Shown here piece by piece: positions 17,822-25,697 of a stretch of 64,000 nt of DNA (its first letter is position 1; every line of letters starts with the position of its first letter). The DNA lies in contig JAEINO010000013.1 in assembly GCA_016342345.1 (NCBI GenBank), forward strand, positions 4,592 through 68,591, written 5' to 3'. A model generated the notes under the pieces. The model did no database searches and was not told the origin of the DNA. It worked only from the letters and a program-made list of their open reading frames with translations. The stretch is from Pseudodesulfovibrio sp. (GTDB lineage: Bacteria; Desulfobacterota; Desulfovibrionia; Desulfovibrionales; Desulfovibrionaceae). Made by a program: the position numbers and the translations under genes.

Positions 17822-18433
17822 TCAGATCTGATGAATATACAGCCCGACCCAGCCGTTCATGAAGGTCGTGGCAAGTTTTCCTGCCAGTCCGGCGCGGATC
17901 AGCATGGATTCTGTGCCGCCTCTTTCCATGTATTTTTTGTAGTGGGCGTAATGGTTCTTTCCGGCCAATCGCTCCACCGTGGTAACGGCCCACCCTGTCC
18001 ATGGTGAGTGCATGGACGCTGGCTGCCGGTAATCAGCCACAAGGATAATACCTCCCGGTTTTACCACCCGTTGCGCTTCTTTCAGTACGCCAAAAGCGAT
18101 GGGTTCCGGTCGTTCGTGCAAGGCGAAACTGATGGTGGCTGCGTCGAACTCGTCATCGGAAAAAATGAGAGACGTGGCATCTCCGTCAAGAAAGGTGACG
18201 GCAGGATGCTTTTTGCGTGCCACTCTGAGCATGGATTGCGACAGGTCCACGCCCACGGCTTTCATGCCTGCATCGCTGATCATCCCAGCCATGAGTCCTG
18301 TGCCGCAGCACAGATCCGTAATCTTGTGGCATTGCAGGGAGGAAAGCTCGGCAATCAGAGCTCGGTGGATGGGTTTCAGGAACGGCCCGATCATCGGGTC
18401 GTAGAGCTTGGCAAAACAGGTGTAGTCGTCCAT
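17822..18433 (-). CDS. Class I SAM-dependent methyltransferase
   Basis: DLCCGTG, GVDLSQSML, FALHE motifs. Confidence 0.85.
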   Translation of the reverse strand: MDDYTCFAKLYDPMIGPFLKPIHRALIAELSSLQCHKITDLCCGTGLMAGMISDAGMKAVGVDLSQSMLRVARKKHPAVTFLDGDATSLIFSDDEFDAATISFALHERPEPIAFGVLKEAQRVVKPGGIILVADYRQPASMHSPWTGWAVTTVERLAGKNHYAHYKKYMERGGTESMLIRAGLAGKLATTFMNGWVGLYIHQI

Positions 18434-18444
18434 GACTTTCCCCG

Positions 18445-19224
18445 TTATTTCTGATCGAAAAGTTTTTTGATTTCGTCTTTGCTGAATTCGTCTTGCAGAT
18501 AGATGTTCGTCAGTTCCCCGGATTGGAGTAATTCTTTCATTCTGCGGTCATACAGGGCGAGGTACTTGCGACCTTCGGGCGTGTCGCTGAATTGTGGAGT
18601 GACCTTGAAATGTTTGATTATCGAGATTTCGAAGAGGTGGGACGAAAACCCTGATTCGTACATGGCATCCTTGAGCAGCACGTGGTCGTCGAGGATAAAG
18701 GCGATGTCTCCCCGGTCGAGCAGGTGGAAAGCGGAACTGAGGTCATAGACGATCTGTCTGGAGAACTCGACAGGCAGAAGCGTGTGGAAATCGAATCCGT
18801 AGAGATACGCCACGCGTTGCCCTTTCAGGGATTCCAATCCTTTCCATTTTGTTTTTCCCCGGAAATAGCATGCCGAAAGGTCATACGGGACAATGGGTGT
18901 CCTGGCCGAGAGCAACCCTTTGCTGGGTTGGATATCCAGAGTCATGTGGAATTCCCCGGAACGGGTTTCCTTGATGGCGCGCGGGTAAGGGATCGCAACG
19001 TGTCTGACGTCCAGATATTCCGGCTCATAGACTGCACGCAGGACGTTCATGATGATGCATTTGCTGTCGCCGGACAGGACATTTCCCAAATCGGGCATGG
19101 CGAATCGGACTTCGTGCCGCCCCGGCCACTCTGTATTGTTTGCGGCCATGGTCACGGAGGGCAGCATCAGGGCCAGTACCAGAGTCGTCAGGATGATTTT
19201 GCTGAGGTGTATATATGAGTTCAC
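18445..19224 (-). CDS. Periplasmic solute-binding protein (family 3-like), orphan
   Basis: Signal-peptide-like N-terminus, PYPRAIKE, LKGQRVAYLYG; start codon uncertain. Confidence 0.65.
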   Translation of the reverse strand: MNSYIHLSKIILTTLVLALMLPSVTMAANNTEWPGRHEVRFAMPDLGNVLSGDSKCIIMNVLRAVYEPEYLDVRHVAIPYPRAIKETRSGEFHMTLDIQPSKGLLSARTPIVPYDLSACYFRGKTKWKGLESLKGQRVAYLYGFDFHTLLPVEFSRQIVYDLSSAFHLLDRGDIAFILDDHVLLKDAMYESGFSSHLFEISIIKHFKVTPQFSDTPEGRKYLALYDRRMKELLQSGELTNIYLQDEFSKDEIKKLFDQK

Positions 19225-19351
19225 TTACGAACTATCCGACAAATCGCCACGAGTATCAACCAAAAATTCAGTATTGCCAAGTGGGAGGAACACAAACATT
19301 CGACGTGCGTGTTTGCCTCGTGCTATGGTTTTTCAAATTCGGAGCGGGATC

Positions 19352-20002
19352 ATGAAGCTGTCAGACATCAATCTGCTGGATGAGTTGGAAAAGGTCGAAC
19401 TGGCCGAATTGCGGGCAGTCTTTCGTGAGCGCAAATTCGTCAAGGGAAGCGGTATATTTGGCCCGGATCATAATGAGAACCTGGTGTTTGTCATCGCCAG
19501 GGGCCGGGTCCGGGTCTATCTTGCCTATGAAGACAAGGAGTTCACCCTCGCAATTCTCAGTCCCGGAGACCTTTACTCAACCCATTCCGGGTGTCATATC
19601 CAGGCTTTTGACAATGCCTCCCTGTGGGTGACGGACGTGCAATCCGTCAAGCGTTGCATGACTGAAGTACCACTTTTTACCCGCACCATGATTCGTGTGC
19701 TCGGTCATATTCTGCAAAACGCTTTTTCAATTATTGGCAGTTTGGCCTTCAAGGACATTTACAACCGGCTCATGGATTTTATCCTGCGGGAAGCAAATGA
19801 ATCAGGTGTCCCGGAAAACGGCGGGTTGTTTCTCAAGTTTGACATGACCATTGAGCAACTTGCTCAGGTGGTCGGTGCCACTCGACAGACGGTTTCCACA
19901 CTTTTGAATGACATGGTCAGGTCAGGATTTATGGAAAAGCGCGGGCGGGGCGAGTATTTTATCCCCGATCCTGAGGAACTTGAAAGGGCTGTTGGCAGGT
20001 AG
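19352..20002 (+). CDS. cooA: CO-sensing Crp/Fnr regulator CooA
   Basis: Crp fold with GDLYSTHSGC (CooA heme-ligand region), HTH TIEQLAQVVGATRQTVSTLLN, directly upstream of cooS. Confidence 0.85.
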   Translation: MKLSDINLLDELEKVELAELRAVFRERKFVKGSGIFGPDHNENLVFVIARGRVRVYLAYEDKEFTLAILSPGDLYSTHSGCHIQAFDNASLWVTDVQSVKRCMTEVPLFTRTMIRVLGHILQNAFSIIGSLAFKDIYNRLMDFILREANESGVPENGGLFLKFDMTIEQLAQVVGATRQTVSTLLNDMVRSGFMEKRGRGEYFIPDPEELERAVGR

Positions 20003-20024
20003 GAAGCGCGAAAGAATCAATGAG

Positions 20025-20059
20025 AATGACCCGGATGATCCAATCCGGGTTATTTTTTT
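20025..20059 (+). terminator. Intrinsic terminator after cooA
   Basis: AATGACCCGGAT-N6-ATCCGGGTTATT plus T tract. Confidence 0.8.
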
Positions 20060-20077
20060 GCCTTTCACACTCCTTTT

Positions 20078-20093
20078 TGTCGGATAGACGACA
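20078..20093 (+). promoter_or_regulatory. CooA-type operator, class II position
   Basis: Perfect TGTCG-N6-CGACA palindrome; TAATAT -10 at 20115-20120 places the site centre near -41.5. Confidence 0.75.
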
Positions 20094-20200
20094 GACAGTA
20101 CTTTGATGGTGGTGTAATATTCAATTCATAATAGGCTTTCTTTACTAGAGTCCGTTGGGCACAATTTGCTGTCCGGCAAAATTATGGATTTGGAGGGAAA

Positions 20201-22078
20201 ATGGCAAAAGAACCGAGGCCAATCGATGAACTGACCATTTGGGACGATGCCAAGGCCATGCTCAGAAAGGCGAAGGCGGAGGGTATCGAGACTGTCTATG
20301 ATCGCTTGAATCAGCAGACACCGCATTGCAAGTTCTGCGAGTTGGGAACAACCTGTAGAAACTGTACCATGGGGCCGTGTCGCATCAGCGCAAAACACCC
20401 GCGTGGCGTCTGTGGAGCCGATGCCGATGTTGTTGTTGCCCGTAACTTCGGTCGCTTCATGACAGGTGGTGCTGCCGCCCATTCCGACCATGGAAGAGAC
20501 CTTGTCGAAGTGCTGGAGGCCATTGTCGAGGGCGAGACCAGTGACTACAAGATCACGGACGAGGACAAGCTTTTTCGTGTTGCCGGTGAAATTGGCGTTG
20601 ATACCGAGGGGCGTGCTGTCATGGATGTGGCCCGTGATGTCCTGGAAACCTTCTTTGCCGATTACGGCAGCCGTAAAAAAGAGATTTCCCTTCTGTCCCG
20701 TGTGCCGCAAAAACGCAGGGATATTTGGGCAAAGCTCAATGTGACACCTCGCGGCATTGATCGTGAGATTGCGGAAATGATGCACAGAACCCATATGGGT
20801 GTTGACAATGACGCTGCCAACACGCTTCTTCATGCCGCTCGAACATCTCTTGCCGATGGTTGGGGCGGGTCCATGATCGGTACTGAACTCTCGGATATCA
20901 TTTTCGGTACGCCAACGCCTTCAATGTCCACCGCCAATCTTGCCGTCATCAAAGAGGACAAGGTCAACATTCTCGTCCATGGTCATAGCCCGGTCGTCTC
21001 GGAGATGATTCTGGTTGCTGCCCGTGATCCCGAATTCGTTGCAAGAGCCAAGGCACTTGGCGCAACCGGTATTAACGTGGTGGGTCTGTGCTGTACTGGC
21101 AACGAGTTGCTCATGCGCAAGGGTATTCCCCTGGCTGGCAACCACCTCATGACTGAACTGGCCATCATTACCGGTGCGGTCGAGGTCATTATCGTGGATT
21201 ATCAGTGTATCATGCCGAGCCTTGTGCAGGTCTCGGGATGCTACCACACCAAATTCATCGATACCGCCAACAAGGCCCGTTTTACTGGTGCGCTCCACTA
21301 CGACTTCCATCCGGATACAGCTCTTCGGCAGGCAAGGGAAATCATCAGCCTCGCCATTGATACCTATGCCGAACGCGATCCTTCCCGGGTGGAGATTCCG
21401 GGCGAACCCGTGGACGTCATGACAGGTTTCTCCAATGAATCCGTGACCGCTGCCCTTGGCGGCTCTCTTGATCCGCTTGTTCAGGCAATTGCCGCTGGTG
21501 ATATCCGGGGTGCCGTTGGTATTGTTGGTTGCAATAATCCCAAAATCAAACACGACTCCATGAACGTGAAGCTTGCCAAGGAACTCATCAAGAAAGATAT
21601 TCTTGTCCTTGTCACAGGATGTGTCACCAGTTCTGTTGGAAAGGCCGGACTTCTGGTGCCGGACGCCATTGAGCTGGCCGGACCGGGCCTCAAGAAGGTC
21701 TGCGGCTCGTTGGGTATTCCACCGGTCCTGCATTATGGTTCCTGTGTGGACAACGCCCGTATCCTGCAACTCTGTGCAGCTCTGGCAAATGCCCTTGGTG
21801 TAGATATCTCCGATCTGCCTGTTGGTGCATCCGCACCTGAATGGTATTCGGAGAAAGCCGTGGCCATCGGTCTTTATGCGGTTTCCAGCGGTATATACAC
21901 ACACCTTGGTCACCCGCCGAACATTCTCGGCTCCGAGACTGTCACCAATCTTGCTGTCTCCGGTCTCGAAGGACTTGTCGGTGCTTCTTTCTTTATCGAA
22001 GCCGATATGGTCAAGGCCGCCAACATGCTTGACGAACGCATCAAGGCCAAGCGCAAAGGGCTTGGCTTAAGTGAATAG
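20201..22078 (+). CDS. cooS: Ni,Fe carbon monoxide dehydrogenase catalytic subunit
   Basis: CKFCELGTTCRNCTMGPC (D/B clusters), HGHSP, CCTGNE, DYQC, GCNN, GCV, GSCVDN C-cluster ligands. Confidence 0.97.
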   Translation: MAKEPRPIDELTIWDDAKAMLRKAKAEGIETVYDRLNQQTPHCKFCELGTTCRNCTMGPCRISAKHPRGVCGADADVVVARNFGRFMTGGAAAHSDHGRDLVEVLEAIVEGETSDYKITDEDKLFRVAGEIGVDTEGRAVMDVARDVLETFFADYGSRKKEISLLSRVPQKRRDIWAKLNVTPRGIDREIAEMMHRTHMGVDNDAANTLLHAARTSLADGWGGSMIGTELSDIIFGTPTPSMSTANLAVIKEDKVNILVHGHSPVVSEMILVAARDPEFVARAKALGATGINVVGLCCTGNELLMRKGIPLAGNHLMTELAIITGAVEVIIVDYQCIMPSLVQVSGCYHTKFIDTANKARFTGALHYDFHPDTALRQAREIISLAIDTYAERDPSRVEIPGEPVDVMTGFSNESVTAALGGSLDPLVQAIAAGDIRGAVGIVGCNNPKIKHDSMNVKLAKELIKKDILVLVTGCVTSSVGKAGLLVPDAIELAGPGLKKVCGSLGIPPVLHYGSCVDNARILQLCAALANALGVDISDLPVGASAPEWYSEKAVAIGLYAVSSGIYTHLGHPPNILGSETVTNLAVSGLEGLVGASFFIEADMVKAANMLDERIKAKRKGLGLSE

Positions 22079-22083
22079 GTAGT

Positions 22084-22145
22084 GCTTCCGGGGTCCAGAG
22101 AGGATTCTTTACTGGGTTCCTCTCTGGACGCCTTGTCCAAAATTC
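22084..22145 (+). repeat. Family D REP-like hairpin, copy 1
   Basis: GCTTCCGGGGTCCAGAGAGGA...TCCTCTCTGGAC...GTCCAAAATT; similar to 40782-40851 and to the reverse complement of 41006-41072. Confidence 0.6.
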
Positions 22146-22215
22146 CTGGCGGCACAGAGGGTCATGCGTGGGCGTGGGGCGAGGCCCGTTGAATAGAAAA
22201 AGAGAGAGAATCTGT

Positions 22216-22992
22216 ATGAAGTTGGCGTTTGCGGGAAAGGGCGGCGTTGGAAAAACCTCGTTAACTGCATGGGTGGCTGATTGGCTGGCCCGGAACGGCA
22301 GGAATGTCTGGCTGATTGATGCGGATACGGCCCTTTCTTTGGGGCAGGCCTCCGGGTTGCAACTTGAGGCCTTGCCGGAACCGCTGGTTCGTCGCGGGGA
22401 CCTGATCCGTGAGCGCATCCATGCCAGTGGTTTTTTGAATCTGAACCCTGACGTAGGCGATTTGCCGGAGACCCTGGCTGTGGATGTTCCAATGGTCGGT
22501 GCGGCCGTGGATGGAGTCACGCCGGGGCGCAAGCGGCTCATCGTCATGGGTGCTGTGACCAATGCTGGCGGCGGGTGTGCCTGCGATGCCAACGCGCTGC
22601 TCAAAGCACTTCTGGCGCATATTGTCATGGATCGTGACGAATGGGTGCTGGTGGACTTGGAGGCCGGGGTCGAACATCTGGGGCGTGGCACTGCGACCCA
22701 TGTGGACGGGCTGGTGGTGGTTTCGGAGCCGAGCATGCGAAGCTTGCAGACCGGGGCCGAGGTTGGGCGCATGGCAACGGACCTGGGGCTGAGCAATCAG
22801 GTGTTGGTCGTCAATCGTTTCATGGGCGGAGAACTGCCCAGAATCGACGGTCTGCCCGAGTGGACCATAACCGTGCCGTCCATGCCGGGGCTGATCGAGC
22901 GTCAGATGATGGACGCATCCGTGCTTGGGCTGCCTGAGGCTGACACGCTGGATGCAATGGTTGAAAAGTTGCTTGGCAGGCTGGGGCTCTAG
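22216..22992 (+). CDS. cooC: CODH nickel-insertion ATPase CooC
   Basis: GKGGVGKT Walker A, GGGCAC metal motif, DLEAGVEHLGRG. Confidence 0.93.
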   Translation: MKLAFAGKGGVGKTSLTAWVADWLARNGRNVWLIDADTALSLGQASGLQLEALPEPLVRRGDLIRERIHASGFLNLNPDVGDLPETLAVDVPMVGAAVDGVTPGRKRLIVMGAVTNAGGGCACDANALLKALLAHIVMDRDEWVLVDLEAGVEHLGRGTATHVDGLVVVSEPSMRSLQTGAEVGRMATDLGLSNQVLVVNRFMGGELPRIDGLPEWTITVPSMPGLIERQMMDASVLGLPEADTLDAMVEKLLGRLGL

Positions 22993-23148
22993 GGAAGCTT
23001 TGCATAATTGTCCGCTGGCTTCGTTGCTTTAAAAACTTCAAATCCTAGCGTACAGGAAGTACGCGTCGGCCTTGATGTTTTCTTGCGCCTTGCCAGCGAA
23101 TAATTCTACAGCACTTCCTGAAAATTGAATTAATCAGTACTTCCCTAG
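22989..23148. mobile_element. MITE family A, copy 2 (reverse orientation; CTAG overlaps the cooC stop)
   Basis: CTAG-GGAAGCTTTGCATAATT ... AATTAATCAGTACTTCC-CTAG; most diverged copy. Confidence 0.8.
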
Positions 23149-23152
23149 CCGA

Positions 23153-23374
23153 TTACTGTGTGGCTTTTTCCTTTTCCCTGAAGCCCCAATGCCCCTCGGG
23201 AATTTCGAGGTACATGGATTCCACACAGGAGCCTTGAATTTCGATCCTCATGCCCAGTCTGCCGGATTCTTCGTGCCAGAATACCTGTTGTGTCAGGCTT
23301 TCTCGCAAGTACGAGTAAGGCATGCCGTAGCTGATGCACAGCGCCTTGACCTGATGGCCAATGGAAATCTGCAC
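23153..23374 (-). CDS. Small hypothetical protein, start uncertain
   Basis: Protein-like stretch ...KALCISYGMPYSYLRESLTQQVFWHEESGRLGMRIEIQG...; possible starts GTG 23374 or ATG 23323; no clear RBS. Confidence 0.45.
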   Translation of the reverse strand: MQISIGHQVKALCISYGMPYSYLRESLTQQVFWHEESGRLGMRIEIQGSCVESMYLEIPEGHWGFREKEKATQ

Positions 23375-23418
23375 GTCACGACTGATCCAGACATCCGTGA
23401 TGTTGATTGAAAAGGTTT

Positions 23419-23865
23419 TTATGCCTGCTCTGGTTTCTGTCCTTTTTCCCAGTCCTGAATTGTGCCATCCGTAATGAGGAAAAGTGCATGCTGGTCCGGT
23501 GTTGCGATGATCTTCAGCTTTTCCCACCGTTCCTTGTCCCGGTTTTGAAGTTTTTTGAGCAGATGATTCCATTCATGGGCGAGTTGGCCGGAAGTTTCTG
23601 CAATGGGATCTGCTTTGGCTGTTTCGTTGATTTTGGAGGCGTCAAAATGATACCCGCGGCTGCGGGATTCGACCAGAACCCCGGCGAGGTAGGCGTCAAT
23701 GGCCGCAAGCGGGACCGGGTGAGCGCGAAAGCGGATGAGTTGGGGGTGGTTTGTATATCCACGTGTTTTTCCGTGCAAAACGGCGCGGGCGAGCAGTCCC
23801 TCGCGCCAGAGCGCGGTGAGCCCTTTTGCGTCGAGGTATTTTGGGTGAATGGTCCAGAGTCGCAT
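23419..23865 (-). CDS. Pyrimidine dimer DNA glycosylase / endonuclease V-like protein
   Basis: MRLWTIHPKYLDAKGLTALWREGLLA...GYTNHPQLIRF, characteristic of the bacterial Pyr_excise family. Confidence 0.88.
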   Translation of the reverse strand: MRLWTIHPKYLDAKGLTALWREGLLARAVLHGKTRGYTNHPQLIRFRAHPVPLAAIDAYLAGVLVESRSRGYHFDASKINETAKADPIAETSGQLAHEWNHLLKKLQNRDKERWEKLKIIATPDQHALFLITDGTIQDWEKGQKPEQA

Positions 23866-23870
23866 GGGTG

Positions 23871-24419
23871 TTATTTCGTTTTCGTCAGGTAGCCGAGTTC
23901 GCGAGAAAGGTCATTTGTGTCCATGGGATTATCATGAATCAGATGCCCCAGACGCATCATCATCCCGGTGGGGAAATCCTTGGTCCAGCGGTCATGGTAG
24001 CCAGTGAATCCGTACATCCAGAGCATCTCGGAAGCCTGGCTGAATATTTGTTCGGCCATGGTGTGCCAGTCTACGGTAAGGTTGATTTTCCAGACGGAAT
24101 GTTCCGTGCCTCCCACTTCGCGTTTGCCTTTGAATTCAACGGTAATATCGAGTTTTCCGTTGGGCCTGGGGGTCACGTGCCAGAGATAGAGCCAACCTTC
24201 TCCGCCCCATTCGAATTCGCAGTGGCGGTAATCCTGATTCGTGTCCGTGGGCGCGTCCAAGCCATGCACGTCGCACAGGCAGTGGAACAGGTCCTTGAGT
24301 GGCTCGGAGAAATTGCAGTTGATGCTGAGGTCGTAATGGGAGTCGTTCAGGCTGATACGGGATTCAAGCCATCCTGCCTTGACCTCGGTCAGATAGAATT
24401 CAAACAGGTCTTGGGACAT
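23871..24419 (-). CDS. Hypothetical protein (182 aa)
   Basis: Long ORF with GGAGG RBS, co-oriented 5 bp upstream of the glycosylase; no family recognised. Confidence 0.7.
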   Translation of the reverse strand: MSQDLFEFYLTEVKAGWLESRISLNDSHYDLSINCNFSEPLKDLFHCLCDVHGLDAPTDTNQDYRHCEFEWGGEGWLYLWHVTPRPNGKLDITVEFKGKREVGGTEHSVWKINLTVDWHTMAEQIFSQASEMLWMYGFTGYHDRWTKDFPTGMMMRLGHLIHDNPMDTNDLSRELGYLTKTK

Positions 24420-24660
24420 CCGTGCCTCCGTGTGGTGAAGTATCGTTGCAGTCAGACCCTACACAACAACAGTTCCTTTTTCAAAAAGTACCGGGTGCCG
24501 AGTAATTATAACGGTCCGGGTGTCTGTTTTGAGATATGGTTGCATGTACCCCGCTGTTTGGTCCAGGGGAAGGGTGATGGCCTTGGGTGTCTGGAATGCA
24601 GGGTATTGAACAAGTCTTTTGCAGTGTCAGGGCTGGCTTTAACAAAGGGCGGCAAACAGT

Positions 24661-25629
24661 ATGGAAATGGTCCAATTCGAAAAATGGGATACCTATCTGG
24701 TTTACGAGCATGAACTCATCGAACGAGCTATGGCCGCACTCAAGAAGAATCTCGAAGGACTTGAGTCCGGTAAATATGATCCGGTTCAATTGACCCGTGC
24801 CCTGGATTTTCTTCTTGAGTTTGGAGACAAGGTTCACAACAAGAAGGAAGAGGATCATTTGTTCCCGCTCATGCAACAGCACGGCATCCCGGTGGAGGGC
24901 GGCCCACTCGGAGTCATGCTCATGGAGCACGAGGCCGAACGCGATCTGCTGGGGCGGATGGGGCTTCAGGTGCCGAACCTCCCGGAACTCGGCGCGGATG
25001 ATATTGCGAAATTCAGGCAGGAGGGCATGGAATACCTGCGTATCCGGGCCGAGCATATATGGAAGGAAAATGACGTGTTGTACAACATGGGGCGTCAGAG
25101 TATCCCCTCCGGGGAGGCTGCCTCATTGGTTGACAGCTTCAACGGAATCGATCTGGCTGCCTATGGTGACAAGGCCAAGGAGAATTTTCTGTCCATGGTG
25201 GAGGAACTGGAAAGTGCTGGCGGAATTCGTACCCGGCTGGTGGAAAATCTGACCAGTGATCAGTTGCATGGCATCATGGAGACCCTGCCTTTTGAGGTGA
25301 CTTTCGTGGATGCCGAGGACACGGTGGCCTACTTTAACAAGCTCGACAAGCCCAAGGTCTTTGCCCGCACACGTTCCGTGGTGGGCCGTAAGGTTGAGAA
25401 GTGCCATCCCCAAAAGTCCGTGAATACGGTCCAGCAGATTGTGGAGGGTTTCAGGAACAGAACTCACGATAAGGCTGAGTTCTGGATCAATATGGGAGAT
25501 GAGACCATAATGATTCGCTATTTTCCGGTTTTTGATGATGCCGGCACGTATCTGGGGGTTTGTGAAGTCACTCAGGAGGTGGGGTGGATTCGCCGCCTTG
25601 AAGGTGAGCAACGTCTTTTGGATTGGTAG
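24661..25629 (+). CDS. Hemerythrin-domain plus PAS-domain protein
   Basis: HELIE, HNKKEE, EHE, HIWKEN di-iron ligand pattern; C-terminal EVTFVDAEDTVAYFN...GRKVEKCHP PAS_10-like domain. Confidence 0.85.
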   Translation: MEMVQFEKWDTYLVYEHELIERAMAALKKNLEGLESGKYDPVQLTRALDFLLEFGDKVHNKKEEDHLFPLMQQHGIPVEGGPLGVMLMEHEAERDLLGRMGLQVPNLPELGADDIAKFRQEGMEYLRIRAEHIWKENDVLYNMGRQSIPSGEAASLVDSFNGIDLAAYGDKAKENFLSMVEELESAGGIRTRLVENLTSDQLHGIMETLPFEVTFVDAEDTVAYFNKLDKPKVFARTRSVVGRKVEKCHPQKSVNTVQQIVEGFRNRTHDKAEFWINMGDETIMIRYFPVFDDAGTYLGVCEVTQEVGWIRRLEGEQRLLDW

Positions 25630-25654
25630 AGAGCCAGAGGAAGGGCTAGGCAAG

Positions 25655-25692
25655 AAAAAAGGCGCGTCCATGAAAATTGGGCGTGTCTTTTT
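25655..25692. terminator. Probable bidirectional terminator
   Basis: A-tract, GGCGCGTCC...GGGCGTGTC stem, T-tract between convergent genes. Confidence 0.6.
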
Positions 25693-25697
25693 GTTTT

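Noticed and set aside
19226-19241. Second CooA site upstream of cooA
   Set aside because: Only the CGACA half-site is present; the left half does not match.
20921-21913. 330-aa minus-strand ORF
   Set aside because: Antisense shadow of cooS, with no recognisable motifs.
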